This document shows, piece after piece, positions 1-11,630 of a stretch of 64,000 bases of DNA. How positions within the stretch are numbered: the first letter of the stretch is position 1; every line of letters starts with the position of its first letter. The notes below the pieces were generated by a model, which did no database searches, had not been told where the DNA came from, and saw nothing but the letters and a program-made list of their open reading frames with translations. A program made the translations under genes and the position numbers. The stretch covers positions 1,312,001-1,376,000 of the forward strand of contig CAVUZH010000003.1 in NCBI GenBank assembly GCA_963745835.1. The letters run 5' to 3'. The stretch is from an uncultured delta proteobacterium. Its GTDB lineage: Bacteria; Desulfobacterota; Binatia; UBA9968.

Positions 1-221
1 CCGATCGAAACGGCGATGCCGGCTACGTCACTCAATTCGATTCCTGCGCGCCGCAGCACCGAATCGACAAGCGGCAGGATGATCTCTGCATGATTGGACT
101 TGACCCCGGATCCCTCGGCGCTTCCTTTCCTTGGGTAGCAGTCCTCCGCAACTAGCCGGCCACCTTCACTGATCGCAACACTCGCAACCGAAATTGACGT
201 ATCGAGACCAAGAATTCTCAT
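1..221 (-). CDS. tsaB: tRNA threonylcarbamoyladenosine biosynthesis protein TsaB (5' part; runs off window)
   Basis: Manual translation MRILGLDTSISVASVAISEGG...SNHAEIILPLVDSVL..; ATG overlaps the rseP stop (ATGA). Confidence 0.85.
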   Translation of the reverse strand, partial: MRILGLDTSISVASVAISEGGRLVAEDCYPRKGSAEGSGVKSNHAEIILPLVDSVLRRAGIELSDVAGIAVSI

Positions 222-1300
222 CCGCCAACCGGCTTTTCGAACAATCGGAAAATATCATTGGCGAAGGCAAAGATCATGAGCAGCAAAAGCAAAAAGATGC
301 CTACTTGTTGCGCCTTTTCGCGATACTTTAAAGAAACCGGCCGACCGATGATTGCCTCAACGGCAAAGAAGAAAAGATGACCACCGTCCAGCACCGGGAC
401 CGGTAACAGATTGAGGACACCGAGATTGATGCTCAAGACCGCGAGAAACGCCAAAAAACTTCCGATGCCCTCTTGAGCCTGCTGCCCAGCCATTTGGGCA
501 ATCAAGATCGGCCCGCCTAAGATTACGCGGCGAAACTTCTCGCGTAATCATCTTATAGAGTCCGATTAAAGTAAGCTTGGAGTATTCGTAGGTTTGTATA
601 AAGGCTTTGCTGACCGCCAAACCCGGGTCGCCCTTTTCGATCGAAACTTGACTGCCGATACCGATCATCCAATCTTCTTTTAATTCACCGAAAATATTCT
701 TTACTTCCCTTTTCCGCGGCTGAACCGTCATGGCCACTTCTTCACCGCTTCTCTGAACGCGCAAAGCTAAGGGCTGTCCACCGCTATGCTTAATCGCGCT
801 GGAAAGATCGTCCCAGGCTGTGACTGCCTGGCCATCAACGGCGACAATGCGATCACCTTTTTGGATTCCCGCCTGCGCGGCCGGCGAATCCGGTTCAACC
901 GCTCCAACTAGATTTGATAGGACCGGCACTCCATAAAAAAGAAAGACCACCATCAACAGAAACACCGCGAGTAAAGGTTGAATCCCGGGCCGGCGGCGAC
1001 GATTGCGGTGCGTTTGAGAAGCGATTTATGAGCAAAGGAACGTTCGAGATCGACAGCCTTGACTTCTTCTTCCGGGTCTTCACCAACCATTTTTACATAG
1101 CCGCCCAAAGGAAACGCGCTCAGAGCATATTCAGTTTCACCCTTCTTTTTCACCCACAGCTTGGGTCCAAATCCAACCGAAAACGTCAGAACTCCGACGC
1201 CTGAGAGCTTAGCAAGAAGAAAATGTCCGAACTCGTGAAAAACGATGAGCACGCCAAGCCCGACCACCGCCGCTAGGATCGAATAGAGCAGATTTTCCAT
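218..1300 (-). CDS. rseP: RIP metalloprotease RseP, split into 3 ORFs by two apparent frameshifts (~975, ~519)
   Basis: HEFGH zinc motif, GPGFN, PDZ segment, NLLPVPVLDGGH; position after dxr. Confidence 0.93.
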
Positions 1301-1317
1301 ATTATCTCCTTAGGTCA

Positions 1318-2466
1318 TCAGTGAACCAGCGACGCTGCCCGTTCTCTCGCCCAGCGATCGACTTCTAGGACATCTTCCACGTCTCGCGCGGGTTGTGATG
1401 AATGGCCGCACATGGTTCTCTCGATGGTTTGATGAATCTCACGAAAGCCGATCTTGCCGGCCAAAAACGCGTCGACCGCGATCTCATTGGCGGCGTTTAG
1501 AACTGCCGGCATGGTGCCGCCTTGTTTCAATGCATCATAGGCCAATCCAAGCGCGGGGTAACGTTTTTTCTCCACTGGTAAAAAGTTTAACTCTCCATGA
1601 TCCGTCAATTCCAGAGGCTTCCAACCGCCATCGAGTCTGTGCGGATACGCCAGCGCGTAAGCGATGGGAATGCGCATATCAGGTATTCCCATCTGTGCTA
1701 TGATCGTGCCGTCTTGATAACGGACCATGGAGTGGACAATACTCTGCGGATGGATCACCACATCAATCCGTGATGGGTCCATATTGAATTCCCAGTGGGC
1801 TTCAACGACTTCCAGCCCCTTGTTCATCATCGTCGCCGAATCAATGGTGATTTTTCGACCCATCTTCCAATTCGGATGTTTCAACGCCTGGGAAATTGTC
1901 ACACTACCCAACCGGCTGAGCGGCGTTTTTAGGAACGGTCCACCGGAAGCAGTGAGAATCAGTTTGTCAACTTCGTCGCGCTGATTTCCTTCAAGACACT
2001 GAAAAATGGCGCTGTGCTCACTGTCGACAGGAAAGAGCCGTGACTTTGACTTCTTTGCTTCATTAACCAGTATCTCTCCGGCCATCACCAGCGCCTCTTT
2101 ATTTGCAAGTGCGACCTCTTTGCCGGCGCGAGTGGCTTCAAGCGTTGGTACGAGTCCGGCGGCCCCGACAATCGCCGCGAGCACGACATCCACCTCGTTA
2201 GCTGTCGAGACATCCGTAGCGCCTTTGACACCCCAGCCAATCTCGATAGATTTTTTACCCAGCAACTTACGCAGGCGCGGCACGTCGCTCTCATTTTTGA
2301 TGGCGACACACTGCGGCGCGAATTCTTGAATCTGCGCCGTAAGGAGTTTTAAATTCTCACCGGCAACCATGCCAAAAATTCTAAATCGGTCAGGGAATCG
2401 GCGCACCAGATCCAAAGTGCTTACTCCGATTGAGCCTGTTGAACCGAGTAAAGCGATTGATCTCAT
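1318..2466 (-). CDS. dxr: 1-deoxy-D-xylulose-5-phosphate reductoisomerase
   Basis: LGSTGSIG, LANKE, PVDSEH, HPNWKMGRKITIDSATMMNKGLE. Confidence 0.97.
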   Translation of the reverse strand: MRSIALLGSTGSIGVSTLDLVRRFPDRFRIFGMVAGENLKLLTAQIQEFAPQCVAIKNESDVPRLRKLLGKKSIEIGWGVKGATDVSTANEVDVVLAAIVGAAGLVPTLEATRAGKEVALANKEALVMAGEILVNEAKKSKSRLFPVDSEHSAIFQCLEGNQRDEVDKLILTASGGPFLKTPLSRLGSVTISQALKHPNWKMGRKITIDSATMMNKGLEVVEAHWEFNMDPSRIDVVIHPQSIVHSMVRYQDGTIIAQMGIPDMRIPIAYALAYPHRLDGGWKPLELTDHGELNFLPVEKKRYPALGLAYDALKQGGTMPAVLNAANEIAVDAFLAGKIGFREIHQTIERTMCGHSSQPARDVEDVLEVDRWARERAASLVH

Positions 2467-3270
2467 GGGTGAAAGACCTTCAAATAAGTGGTCGTAAAAA
2501 CAGCCGGGAAGATGAGACTATCGAGCCGATCCAGCAAACCGCCGTGACCCGGAAGAAGCCTGCCTGAATCCTTCACCGCAAAAACGCGCTTGATCCACGA
2601 CTCAAACAAGTCGCCAAGTTGGCCCAACACACTAAGCAGCCCCGAGACGATCGCAAACTCGATCCAGCTTAATCCGATGTCAAGGAAAATTCCCACCAAG
2701 GAACCGGCCAAAACACTACCGAGGACGTATCCGACAGCTCCCTCAACCGTTTTCCCTGGACTGATTTCGGGCGCCAATTTTTTGGTTCCGAAGCGACGGC
2801 CAACGAAGTAGGCGCAGATATCGCCTGCCATAATCACCACGAGGACGAAGAACACCCAGGCTCTTCCATGTGGCAGTCGAAACAGCGAACTCCAATGTGG
2901 CAAAAGATAGCCCAGGTACAGTGATCCCAAAAGGGTCCACGCAAGTCGTGCCAACCGCTCCTCGAGTTGCCCGTGCATGAAAATGTAAATCGAGAACATT
3001 AGGACAAGCAACGGAGCCAGAATCAACTCTCCAGGTGTTAGCTGCGGAAAAAACACTACCGAAGAAACCGCAAGTCCAAAAGCGATGCCGATTATTTGGT
3101 CTCTGCGAACGGCCAGGAAAACCCATCGCGAAATATTCACGCAGTGCTCCAAGCGTAATCAGGAAAACAAAGCCGTGAAATAACGAGGGATCACCCCAAC
3201 CGATGAGAACAATTAAAAGCGGTATTCCGACAAGTCCGGTAAGCAGCCTTGCTCTAAGATTCGCGTCCAC
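2463..3270 (-). CDS. cdsA: Phosphatidate cytidylyltransferase (apparent frameshift ~3105)
   Basis: N-terminus in ORF 2743-3270; C-terminus ISPGKTVEG...KDSGRLLPGHGGLLDRLDS in ORF 2463-3152. Confidence 0.93.
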
Positions 3271-4033
3271 TACTCCCCACTCTTAGACGCGCCGGTTCGG
3301 TAATCTGCTCATCGGTTCTGCCGAACCGCCTGCGACGGCGTTGATACTCTTGCAGAGCTTGGAAGTATTCTTGTTCACGGAAGTCGGGCCAAAGAGTCGG
3401 AGTGACATAGAGTTCAGTATAGGCAATCTGCCATAAGTAAAAGTTACTTATTCGCATTTCACCGCTGGTTCGTATCAATAGATCCGGATCGGGTATGTCG
3501 GGCGTGTCCATATGAGCGGAAACGATTTCCTCCTCGAGATCGCTCGATTGAAACTCGCCGGCGAGAACTCTGCGCCTAATCTTATTGACCATTCGCACGA
3601 TCTCATCTCGGCCGCTATAACTCAGGGCCAAAACCACCGTCATTCGAGTGTTGCGCTGAGTTAACTCTATCACGTCCTCAAGGGTTCTGCGGACGTTTAG
3701 CGGCAATCGATCCCGGTTTCCAATCGCCTTTAGCCTGATGCCGTAGCGCATCATTTTGGGCTGTTCAGCAATAAGGTAGGTTTCCAGCAAGCCCATCAGT
3801 GCATAAACTTCGTCCTGAGGGCGCAGCCAGTTTTCCGTCGAGAATGCGAAGAGAGTCAAAAAAGGGATCCCCAGCTTTCGCGTCGTTTCGACAATGACGC
3901 GAACTGAGGTTTTGCCACGGCGGTGCCCTTCGATACGGCTCTTTCCCTGCAGAGTCGCCCAGCGCCCATTCCCATCCATGATGATTGCTACATGGTGTGG
4001 CAGCCGACTTCTATCCAGGTCCTTAAAATCCAT
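3254..4033 (-). CDS. uppS: Undecaprenyl diphosphate synthase (isoprenyl transferase)
   Basis: HVAIIMDGNGRWA, FSTENW, DLLIRTSGEMRISNF. Confidence 0.96.
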   Translation of the reverse strand: MDFKDLDRSRLPHHVAIIMDGNGRWATLQGKSRIEGHRRGKTSVRVIVETTRKLGIPFLTLFAFSTENWLRPQDEVYALMGLLETYLIAEQPKMMRYGIRLKAIGNRDRLPLNVRRTLEDVIELTQRNTRMTVVLALSYSGRDEIVRMVNKIRRRVLAGEFQSSDLEEEIVSAHMDTPDIPDPDLLIRTSGEMRISNFYLWQIAYTELYVTPTLWPDFREQEYFQALQEYQRRRRRFGRTDEQITEPARLRVGSSGRES

Positions 4034-4137
4034 TATTGAGCCGTGCGGGTACGTGACGTGTTGAGACAATTGGCGCCCCGAATTCGAGTGGAACGCGGCG
4101 CATCCGAGGTTGGCTGTTCAGCGGAGATCTCCGGCCC

Positions 4138-4695
4138 CTAGACCTCCATGATCTCCTCCTCTTTAGTTTTCAAAACCTTATCGACTCGAGCGATGTAATC
4201 ATCGGTGATTTTTTGAACCCGGTCCTGACCGTGTTTGATTTCATCCGCGGTAATCTCTTTCTTTTTTTCGGATTCTTTTAGATGCTCGATGGCCAAGCGC
4301 CGATGATTACGCATCGAAACGCGAAACTCTTCGCCGGTTTTCTTAACGTGCTTTACCAAATCCTTACGGCGTTCCTCAGTCAGTTGCGGTATGGGGACTC
4401 GGATGATCTTGCCGTCGTTTGCGGGAGTCAGGCCCAAGTCGCTCTTGAGAATCGCCTTTTCAATTTCACCGAGCGCGTTTCTGTCAAAAGGCTGAATCAC
4501 TAACAGCCTTGGCTCCGGGGCGCTTAAGGTAGCCAATTGATTCAAAGGAGTAGTAGCGCCGTAATAATCCACGAGGACGCCTTCCAATAGAGCCGTCGAT
4601 GCTCTCCCCGTCCGAACCCTTCCCAATTCTTTGCGCAGAGCCGCAACAGACCCTTCCATCTCTTTTTGTAACTGAGTGAAAATAGCCTCGTTCAT
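4138..4695 (-). CDS. frr: Ribosome recycling factor
   Basis: [18 protein letters not shown]; synteny. Confidence 0.97.
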   Translation of the reverse strand: MNEAIFTQLQKEMEGSVAALRKELGRVRTGRASTALLEGVLVDYYGATTPLNQLATLSAPEPRLLVIQPFDRNALGEIEKAILKSDLGLTPANDGKIIRVPIPQLTEERRKDLVKHVKKTGEEFRVSMRNHRRLAIEHLKESEKKKEITADEIKHGQDRVQKITDDYIARVDKVLKTKEEEIMEV

Positions 4696-5423
4696 CGTTT
4701 CCCCGCACTGACTAATGTGCCGATTGCTTCACCGGCTACGACTCTTTTAATATTCCCCTTCTCCATCAAATTGAAAACGACAATGGGAAGCTGATGATCC
4801 ATGCAAAGTGAGATTGCTGTCGAATCCATTACCTTTAGCTCACGGTTTAAAACCTCGATGTAAGTCAATTCTTCAAACTTGGTCGCCCCTTCGAATTTAA
4901 ATGGGTCGGCGTCATAGACGCCTTCCACCTTGGTCGCCTTCAATATGACTTCCGCGCCAATCTCCATTGCTCGCAGGCTCGCCGTAGTGTCGGTTGTAAA
5001 ATAAGGATTGCCTGTGCCCCCCGCAAAGATAACCACGCGACCTTTTTCTAGGTGCCGTGTTGCTCTACGTCTGATGTAAGGCTCTGCCACTTGCCTCATT
5101 TCGATTGCTGATAAGACTCGCGTGGAAACACCCAATTTCTCCAACGCGTCTTGAAGCGCAAGGCTGTTGATAACGGTTGCCAGCATACCCATGGTATCGG
5201 CGCTCGCCCGATCCATGCCGATCTCGCTCGCGACGGCGCCTCGAAAGATATTGCCACCACCGATGACCAATGCCATCTCACAACCAATCTCTTTGACTTC
5301 CTTGATCTCTTGCGCAAATCCCTTAACCGTTTGCGCATCGATACCAAACTTCTGTGCGCCGGCGAAAATTTCACCAGTGACTTTAAGAATGATGCGTTTG
5401 TACTTGAGTTTCGACTCGCTCAT
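4692..5423 (-). CDS. pyrH: UMP kinase
   Basis: [24 protein letters not shown]; start set at MSESKLKY. Confidence 0.97.
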   Translation of the reverse strand: MSESKLKYKRIILKVTGEIFAGAQKFGIDAQTVKGFAQEIKEVKEIGCEMALVIGGGNIFRGAVASEIGMDRASADTMGMLATVINSLALQDALEKLGVSTRVLSAIEMRQVAEPYIRRRATRHLEKGRVVIFAGGTGNPYFTTDTTASLRAMEIGAEVILKATKVEGVYDADPFKFEGATKFEELTYIEVLNRELKVMDSTAISLCMDHQLPIVVFNLMEKGNIKRVVAGEAIGTLVSAGKR

Positions 5424-5442
5424 GTCTTTGTTCCGACGAGCC

Positions 5443-6051
5443 TTACTCCTGCGGTGCCGCTTCCCCCAATTGGTATCGCGAGAAACGCTTAACCTGAATG
5501 TTCTCACCAAGACGGGCTATCGCCTCCGTGAGGATGTCAGCAACTTTTTGGTCGGGGTTCTTAATAAACGATTGCTCAAGAAGACAAACTTCCGAATAAA
5601 ACCGATCGATCTTTCCGTCGACTATTTTCTCGACGACTTTCTCCGGCTTACCAGATTCCAGAGCTTGCCGGCGATATATCTCCCTTTCCTTCTCCAAATG
5701 GTCGCTTGGAACCTCTTCCGGTCGTATGTATCGCGGATTAGCGGCGGCAATCTGCATGGCAATATCTTTTAAAAGATTCTGAAACTCAGCAGTACGCGCC
5801 ACAAAATCAGTTTCACAGTTGAGCTCCACCAGGACGCCAATTTTCCCGCCGGGATGCACATATGCGCCGATCGCCCCATCGCTGGCGGTCCGAGAAGCCT
5901 TTTTGGTCGCCGCTGCAAGCCCCTTCTGACGCAGATAATCAACCGCTTTGTCCAGATCGCCGCCGGATTCGGCCAAAGCTTTCTTGCAATCCATCATACC
6001 GGCGCCAGTTTTTTCACGGAGATTTTTTACTGCAGCCGCACTCACTTCCAT
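5443..6051 (-). CDS. tsf: Elongation factor Ts (short type)
   Basis: [24 protein letters not shown]. Confidence 0.97.
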   Translation of the reverse strand: MEVSAAAVKNLREKTGAGMMDCKKALAESGGDLDKAVDYLRQKGLAAATKKASRTASDGAIGAYVHPGGKIGVLVELNCETDFVARTAEFQNLLKDIAMQIAAANPRYIRPEEVPSDHLEKEREIYRRQALESGKPEKVVEKIVDGKIDRFYSEVCLLEQSFIKNPDQKVADILTEAIARLGENIQVKRFSRYQLGEAAPQE

Positions 6052-6054
6052 CGA

Positions 6055-6843
6055 CTAAACTCCTCCCATAGCCGACTGCTCTATCGGCTCCATCTCAGTT
6101 GGCGCCGTAACCGCTGTGGTTCCTTCATCTCCCTTGTCTTTGGCCAAGGATTGATCATAGAGGCCCTTACCCTCAATCACTGCATCGGCCATGGATGAAC
6201 AAAATAGCCGAATGGCTCTGATCGCATCATCATTTCCCGGGATCTTGTGATCTACCATATCGGGATCACAGTTCGTGTCGATCACGGCGATTACGGGGAT
6301 ACCAAGCTTTCTTGCCTCCCTTACGGCAATTTCTTCCTGCTTGGGATCAACCACGAAAATAGCATCGGGGAGCTTACGCATCGCCTTGATTCCCCCAAGC
6401 GACTGCTCAAGCTTTTCCTTCTCCCGCTTCAAGCCCAACATTTCCTTTTTAGTCAACGCGTCGACAATCTTAGGGTCATTTTCCATTTCTTCGAGTTTTC
6501 GCAAGCGATCGATACTCTGGCGAATGGTTGAGAAATTCGTGAGAGTGCCGCCTAACCAGCGGTTATGAACATGAAACATAGCGCATCGATCCGCCTCTTC
6601 CCTAACGGAATCTTGCGCTTGTTTTTTCGTCCCGATGAAAAGAATGCTTCCACCCGAAGCCGCAATATCGCGCACGACAGCCTCCACCTCTTTAAACATG
6701 GTAACGGTTTGCTGCAAATCAATGATATGGATTCCGTTTCGCGCTCCGAAAATGTACGGCTTCATTTTCGGATTCCAGCGGCTGGTTTGATGTCCGAAAT
6801 GAACACCCGCCTCCAGAAGTTGCTTCATTGAGATCTCGGTCAT
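6055..6843 (-). CDS. rpsB: 30S ribosomal protein S2
   Basis: [32 protein letters not shown]. Confidence 0.98.
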   Translation of the reverse strand: MTEISMKQLLEAGVHFGHQTSRWNPKMKPYIFGARNGIHIIDLQQTVTMFKEVEAVVRDIAASGGSILFIGTKKQAQDSVREEADRCAMFHVHNRWLGGTLTNFSTIRQSIDRLRKLEEMENDPKIVDALTKKEMLGLKREKEKLEQSLGGIKAMRKLPDAIFVVDPKQEEIAVREARKLGIPVIAVIDTNCDPDMVDHKIPGNDDAIRAIRLFCSSMADAVIEGKGLYDQSLAKDKGDEGTTAVTAPTEMEPIEQSAMGGV

Positions 6844-6849
6844 ATACCT

Positions 6850-6940
6850 GACTCTCCTTTTGGTTTTGCCTCCCCTTCTCTCAACTCCTCCTCGTTCCCT
6901 CCCGGGCACCACGAAGAAGATCAAAAAGGGTGTGAGTTAA
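6850..6940 (-). promoter_or_regulatory. Putative rpsB (S2) autoregulatory leader
   Basis: ACTCACAC...GGTGCC...GGAGGCAAAACCAAAAGGAG upstream of rpsB; sigma70-like TTGCGT-N17-TAGAAA at 7050-7022. Confidence 0.5.
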
Positions 6941-7070
6941 TAAGAAAACGCCTTCGGCATCCGGCCGGACCGGTCACCGAAGGCTGGAAACACTGCTGAT
7001 TGACAATGGTAACCTTGCGTTTTTCTAGCAAAGAACGGCCTAAGACGCAAGGAAAGTAATGGGGCAGATG

Positions 7071-8372
7071 CTACTGGTTCATGGATTCAAAAAATTCTTT
7101 ATTGTCTTTGGTACCATGCATCTTATCCAATAGAAATTCCATTGCATCGACAACACTCAGTTGGGATAGAACTTTGCGCAAAATCCAGATTCGATTGAGG
7201 TCTTCTTTGGAAATCAACAACTCTTCCTTTCTGGTTCCAGACTTGTTGATGTCAATGGCAGGGAAAACTCTTTTATCCATCAAGCGTCGATCGAGGTGGA
7301 CTTCCATGTTGCCGGTCCCTTTGAATTCCTCAAAAATAACCTCATCCATCCGGCTGCCGGTATCGATGAGCGCGGTCGCCATAATCGTTAGACTACCACC
7401 GTCCTCAATGTTGCGGGCGGCGCCGAAGAATTTTTTGGGTTTATGTAGGGCATTCGAGTCGACACCGCCGGATAAAATCTTGCCGCTCGGAGGCACCACG
7501 GTATTATAGGCGCGCGCCAGGCGCGTGATGCTGTCGAGCAGAATGACAACATCTTTGCCATGTTCCACCAGACGCTTTGCCTTTTCGATGACCATCTCCG
7601 CAACTTGAACGTGCCGTGTGGCGGGTTCGTCGAATGTTGAACTGATGACCTCTCCATCGACAGAACGTTGCATATCTGTGACCTCTTCGGGCCGCTCATC
7701 GATCAAAAGAACAATCAGCACTACCTCTTTGTGGTTATTGGCGATAGCTTTGGCGATGTGTTGCAACATCATAGTTTTACCTGTTCGCGGGGCGGCAACG
7801 ATTAAGCCGCGTTGACCTTTGCCAATGGGAGTCAAAAGGTCAACAATTCGCGTGGTGTAATCCTCAGGCTGATACTCGAGTCGCAAACGTTCGTTAGGAT
7901 ATAGAGGAGTTAGGTTGTCAAAAAGGATTTTCTCTCGGGCCCGCTCAGGATCCTCATAGTTAATCGATTCTACTTTGAGCAGGGCAAAATATCTCTCACC
8001 TTCTTTTGGCGGCCTGATGTGTCCGGAGATAATGTCGCCCGTACGCAGGCTAAACCGGCGTATCTGGCTGGGAGAGACGTAGATATCATCCGGTCCTGGC
8101 AAATAATTATAGTCAGGTGCGCGCAAAAACCCGAAGCCATCGGGAAGAGTTTCCAATACCCCTTCTCCGTATATATGACCGTTTTGCTCCGTTTGCGCCT
8201 GCAGGATCGCAAAGATGAGTTCTTGCTTGCGCATATTGGCAGCGCCTTCGATATTGAAGTTTTTTCCAATCAACGCAAGTTCGCTAATTTTCTTTTCTTT
8301 TAGCGCCTTCAAATTCAGCCCATTATCTTCCACAGCCTCAGACTCAACGGCACGAGTTCTACCACGGACCAT
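7071..8372 (-). CDS. rho: Transcription termination factor Rho
   Basis: [44 protein letters not shown]. Confidence 0.98.
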   Translation of the reverse strand: MVRGRTRAVESEAVEDNGLNLKALKEKKISELALIGKNFNIEGAANMRKQELIFAILQAQTEQNGHIYGEGVLETLPDGFGFLRAPDYNYLPGPDDIYVSPSQIRRFSLRTGDIISGHIRPPKEGERYFALLKVESINYEDPERAREKILFDNLTPLYPNERLRLEYQPEDYTTRIVDLLTPIGKGQRGLIVAAPRTGKTMMLQHIAKAIANNHKEVVLIVLLIDERPEEVTDMQRSVDGEVISSTFDEPATRHVQVAEMVIEKAKRLVEHGKDVVILLDSITRLARAYNTVVPPSGKILSGGVDSNALHKPKKFFGAARNIEDGGSLTIMATALIDTGSRMDEVIFEEFKGTGNMEVHLDRRLMDKRVFPAIDINKSGTRKEELLISKEDLNRIWILRKVLSQLSVVDAMEFLLDKMHGTKDNKEFFESMNQ

Positions 8373-8656
8373 AACTATGCCTCTCCTTTCGTTTCCAAAA
8401 CCAAGAATCGGATGCGATCCCGTTTCTGCTTACGACATGTTCACGTGTGATCGCCAAAAACCGCATCCCAGAGCTATCAACCTGCCGGGACAACATAGAG
8501 GTGAACACGATTACAAATGCGGCCTGTCAGTATTGCAGGCTCTCGTGCGCAGCAGAACTTACTTTTCGGATCCAAATTTAAATCGGAACGGAGTTCAACG
8601 GACGATTGTTATTGTGGGGATCGATTCAGAAACGCTGAATTGGTTAACGTTAGTTC

Positions 8657-8685
8657 ATCGTATTGAAAAGCACTCTGATTGTCAA
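8657..8685 (-). promoter_or_regulatory. sigma70 promoter of rho
   Basis: TTGACA-N17-TACGAT on the minus strand. Confidence 0.75.
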
Positions 8686-8697
8686 CCCCGATCATTT

Positions 8698-9711
8698 TCA
8701 AGACACCGTCTCCAATTCTTTTACGACTTCATGTATGTCGTTATACAGAGCTGCTTTGAATTCGATGCGGCGACCTGTCGTCGGATGAGAAATTTCGAGT
8801 CTCTCCGCGTGCAGCGCCTGGCGAGGAAAATCATATAGCAATGAAATGATGTTTCTATTCTTGAAGTCAGCTTTCGGACGCTCTCCGTACACCTTATCGC
8901 CAATTACCGGATGACCAAGTTCCGCCAAGTGAACGCGGATTTGGTGCGTGCGTCCAGTTTTGGGCCGAAGTCGGCATAGGCTGACCCATCGGATGCTTCT
9001 CGAATCGGCTTTTAGTTCAAAGCATTTTTCAACATTCCACTCGGTCAGGGCTCCGCGTGTTTTTGAATAAGCGAAACGGCAAGACATTTTCTTCCGCTGG
9101 GATCGATGGCGGCCGATCGGGCGATCAATGATGCCGCTGTCCCCCTTAAGTTTGCCCCAAACCAAGGCAAGGTATTCCTTATGAACTGTGCGATCTTTGA
9201 ATTGCTGCGCCAATAGTTGCAACGACCGATGATTCTTCGCTACAACCATAACCCCAGAAGTATCTTTGTCCAGGCGATGAACAATTCCCGGGCGGCCTTC
9301 GGCGCCGATTTCTTTTAGCTCAGGACAATGATGCAATAGTGCGTTAACCAGAGTTCCAGTGACACTCCCGGCAGCGGGATGCACCGCCATTCCAGGCGCT
9401 TTATTGATGACCATAAGATCGCGATCTTCATAGATAATGTCGAGAAGGACAGCCTCTGGATTTAACTTCGTTTCTATTTTAGGAATTCTGCCAAGTTCGA
9501 CCGAATCACTTGGCTTGAGGCGCCTACTCGATCTTGTTGGCGCCCCATTGACCGTAATGACCCCGTCCTCGATCAACTTCTGCACCCGCGAGCGAGTTAA
9601 GCCATAACGCTCAATCTCTTCAACCAAACGCTGGGTAAGGAAGACATCCAGACGCATCCCGGATGCCTTCTCCCCGACCACGGCCCGCTCAGGAACAATC
9701 GATGATTCCAT
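8698..9711 (-). CDS. rluD: RluA/RluD-family 23S rRNA pseudouridine synthase
   Basis: S4 domain, VHRLDKDTSG, TGRTHQIRVH, RQALHA. Confidence 0.9.
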   Translation of the reverse strand: MESSIVPERAVVGEKASGMRLDVFLTQRLVEEIERYGLTRSRVQKLIEDGVITVNGAPTRSSRRLKPSDSVELGRIPKIETKLNPEAVLLDIIYEDRDLMVINKAPGMAVHPAAGSVTGTLVNALLHHCPELKEIGAEGRPGIVHRLDKDTSGVMVVAKNHRSLQLLAQQFKDRTVHKEYLALVWGKLKGDSGIIDRPIGRHRSQRKKMSCRFAYSKTRGALTEWNVEKCFELKADSRSIRWVSLCRLRPKTGRTHQIRVHLAELGHPVIGDKVYGERPKADFKNRNIISLLYDFPRQALHAERLEISHPTTGRRIEFKAALYNDIHEVVKELETVS

Positions 9712-9717
9712 TCAATG

Positions 9718-10662
9718 CTAATTCTTGTAGGGGAGCTTCAATCGATCAAATACGGCACGAGCCGCTTGGACGTCTTCGTGCATCTGAATCACCAGATCTC
9801 CTATTTCGGCAAACTTCCGCTCTTCTCTAATCCTCTGGACAAAACTCAGCTTTACCGGTTCCCCATAGATATCCTTTGCGAAATCCAAAATATAAGCCTC
9901 TATCGTGCGCGATCCTTCGCCGAACGTAGGATTGCGACCAACACTGCTGACGCTCACCCAACCCTGATCTTGTAACTCCAGAATGGTTGCATAAATACCG
10001 TCTTGAGGAAGAAGCTCGGTAGTGGCAGCCAAATTAGCTGTCGGAAAGCCCATGCTTCGGCCACGGCGGTGACCACTAACAACCGTGCCGGAAATGAAGT
10101 GATAGCGGCCGAGCATCGGCTGAACTTCATCTACGCGACCTTGTACGATTAACTGCCGGATTCGCGAACTGCTTATCCGCTTTCCGTCAACGAGGATGGG
10201 CTCAACGATACCGACGCCAAAACCCAGTTCACTGCCCCAACGAATCAGGTCTTCCGCGTCTCCCTCGCGAGCATGGCCAAACCTTAAGTCTCTGCCGAAC
10301 CAGATCTTGGACAAATTAAGACGCTCAAGAAGATACCGTCGCACAAAATCCTCAGCCTGAATACTTGCGAAGCGACGATCAAAAGTCTGCACGATAACCG
10401 CATCCACTCCCACCGATTGCAGCATGTCCATCTTGTCCTGATGGTTTACAATCATCTGCGGCGCCCGTTCGGGCGCAAGCAATTTCAGTGGGTGAGGGTC
10501 GAAAGTAAAAACAACGGATTTAGTATGCCATTGTTTCGCTTCCGCTACTGCGTTGGCAACCAGGGCCTGATGACCGAGATGGATGCCGTCAAAATTCCCC
10601 ATAGTGACGACCGTCTTCAACTCAGGTCGACGAAAATCTTCGATGTCGCGAAAAACTTCCAT
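9718..10662 (-). CDS. ribF: Bifunctional riboflavin kinase/FAD synthetase
   Basis: GNFDGIHLGHQ, ISSSRIR, GFPTAN. Confidence 0.96.
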   Translation of the reverse strand: MEVFRDIEDFRRPELKTVVTMGNFDGIHLGHQALVANAVAEAKQWHTKSVVFTFDPHPLKLLAPERAPQMIVNHQDKMDMLQSVGVDAVIVQTFDRRFASIQAEDFVRRYLLERLNLSKIWFGRDLRFGHAREGDAEDLIRWGSELGFGVGIVEPILVDGKRISSSRIRQLIVQGRVDEVQPMLGRYHFISGTVVSGHRRGRSMGFPTANLAATTELLPQDGIYATILELQDQGWVSVSSVGRNPTFGEGSRTIEAYILDFAKDIYGEPVKLSFVQRIREERKFAEIGDLVIQMHEDVQAARAVFDRLKLPYKN

Positions 10663-10757
10663 ATCTCTCGACTTCTGGTCTGGCCGAATGGGAATGCGGA
10701 GGTATCGATTGCTTCGCGCCAACCGACACAAGAGGGCGCATTAAAAGGGCGGGCGAA

Positions 10758-11615
10758 CTATGATTCAAGCGACCTTAATTTTTGCTTGGCTTGTGCCGCT
10801 TCCGGCGACTGTGCGTACTTCTCGACGACTTCCTGCAGGATCAATCGAGCATTTACCTTTTCACCCAGTTCAGCAAATGCGAAGCCTTGTTTTAGAAGGG
10901 CCGCGGGAACTTTGTCCGCTTGCGGGTATCTGCTGCGGACGGCATCAAACTCAAGAATCGCTTGATCGAATTCCCGTAAAGCATAGTGACTTTCGCCGAT
11001 CCAATACTGAGCATTAATGGCCAACTTGCTTTTCGGGTGCTTTTGGAGAAACTCCTTAAAGCGACCGATCGCAAGCCGATAATCTTTTTTCTCCAACGCT
11101 CGCCACGCGATTTCGTAGTCGGTTCTTACCGCCTCGTTTTCTGCAGCCGAGGCTTCCGTTTTTTCCGCAGAACTACCCCCTGCCACCGGCTGCTGCTGCC
11201 GAATATTTTTTTGAAGCTCCCTTAATTCTTCCTCGCGCGCTTTTAACTGTCCTTCCTGTGTTTTGAATCCTTCAGTTAATTTGGCAACCCGCGCTTCCAA
11301 ATCCTTGACCCGCTGATCGCCGTCCTTGCTAGATTGGCCGATTTGCCGACCCACTTGATAGCGAGTCTCCTCGATCCGTTCCTTGAGCGCGCTAAACTCG
11401 CGTTGCAGCTGCTGCATATTCGCTCTGGTGTCCGCTAGGCTCGAGCGCATCGACTCGACTTCGTTACGGATACTCGCATGGTCGCTACGAATCCGCCGTT
11501 GTTCACGCTCCAGCAACTCGATTTGCTGAGGTTGGGCGCAAGCAGATGCGGCGACAGAGAAGAGAGCTACTAGTAACATTCGGTGAATTTGCATCTTGTC
11601 TGACCTCGCCGGCAT
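10758..11615 (-). CDS. cpoB: Tol-Pal system protein YbgF/CpoB
   Basis: Lipoprotein-like signal, coiled coil, TPR (AQYWIGES, PAALLKQG); after pal; start may be 11594. Confidence 0.9.
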   Translation of the reverse strand: MPARSDKMQIHRMLLVALFSVAASACAQPQQIELLEREQRRIRSDHASIRNEVESMRSSLADTRANMQQLQREFSALKERIEETRYQVGRQIGQSSKDGDQRVKDLEARVAKLTEGFKTQEGQLKAREEELRELQKNIRQQQPVAGGSSAEKTEASAAENEAVRTDYEIAWRALEKKDYRLAIGRFKEFLQKHPKSKLAINAQYWIGESHYALREFDQAILEFDAVRSRYPQADKVPAALLKQGFAFAELGEKVNARLILQEVVEKYAQSPEAAQAKQKLRSLES

Positions 11616-11630
11616 GGAGTGGCTCAGCTG

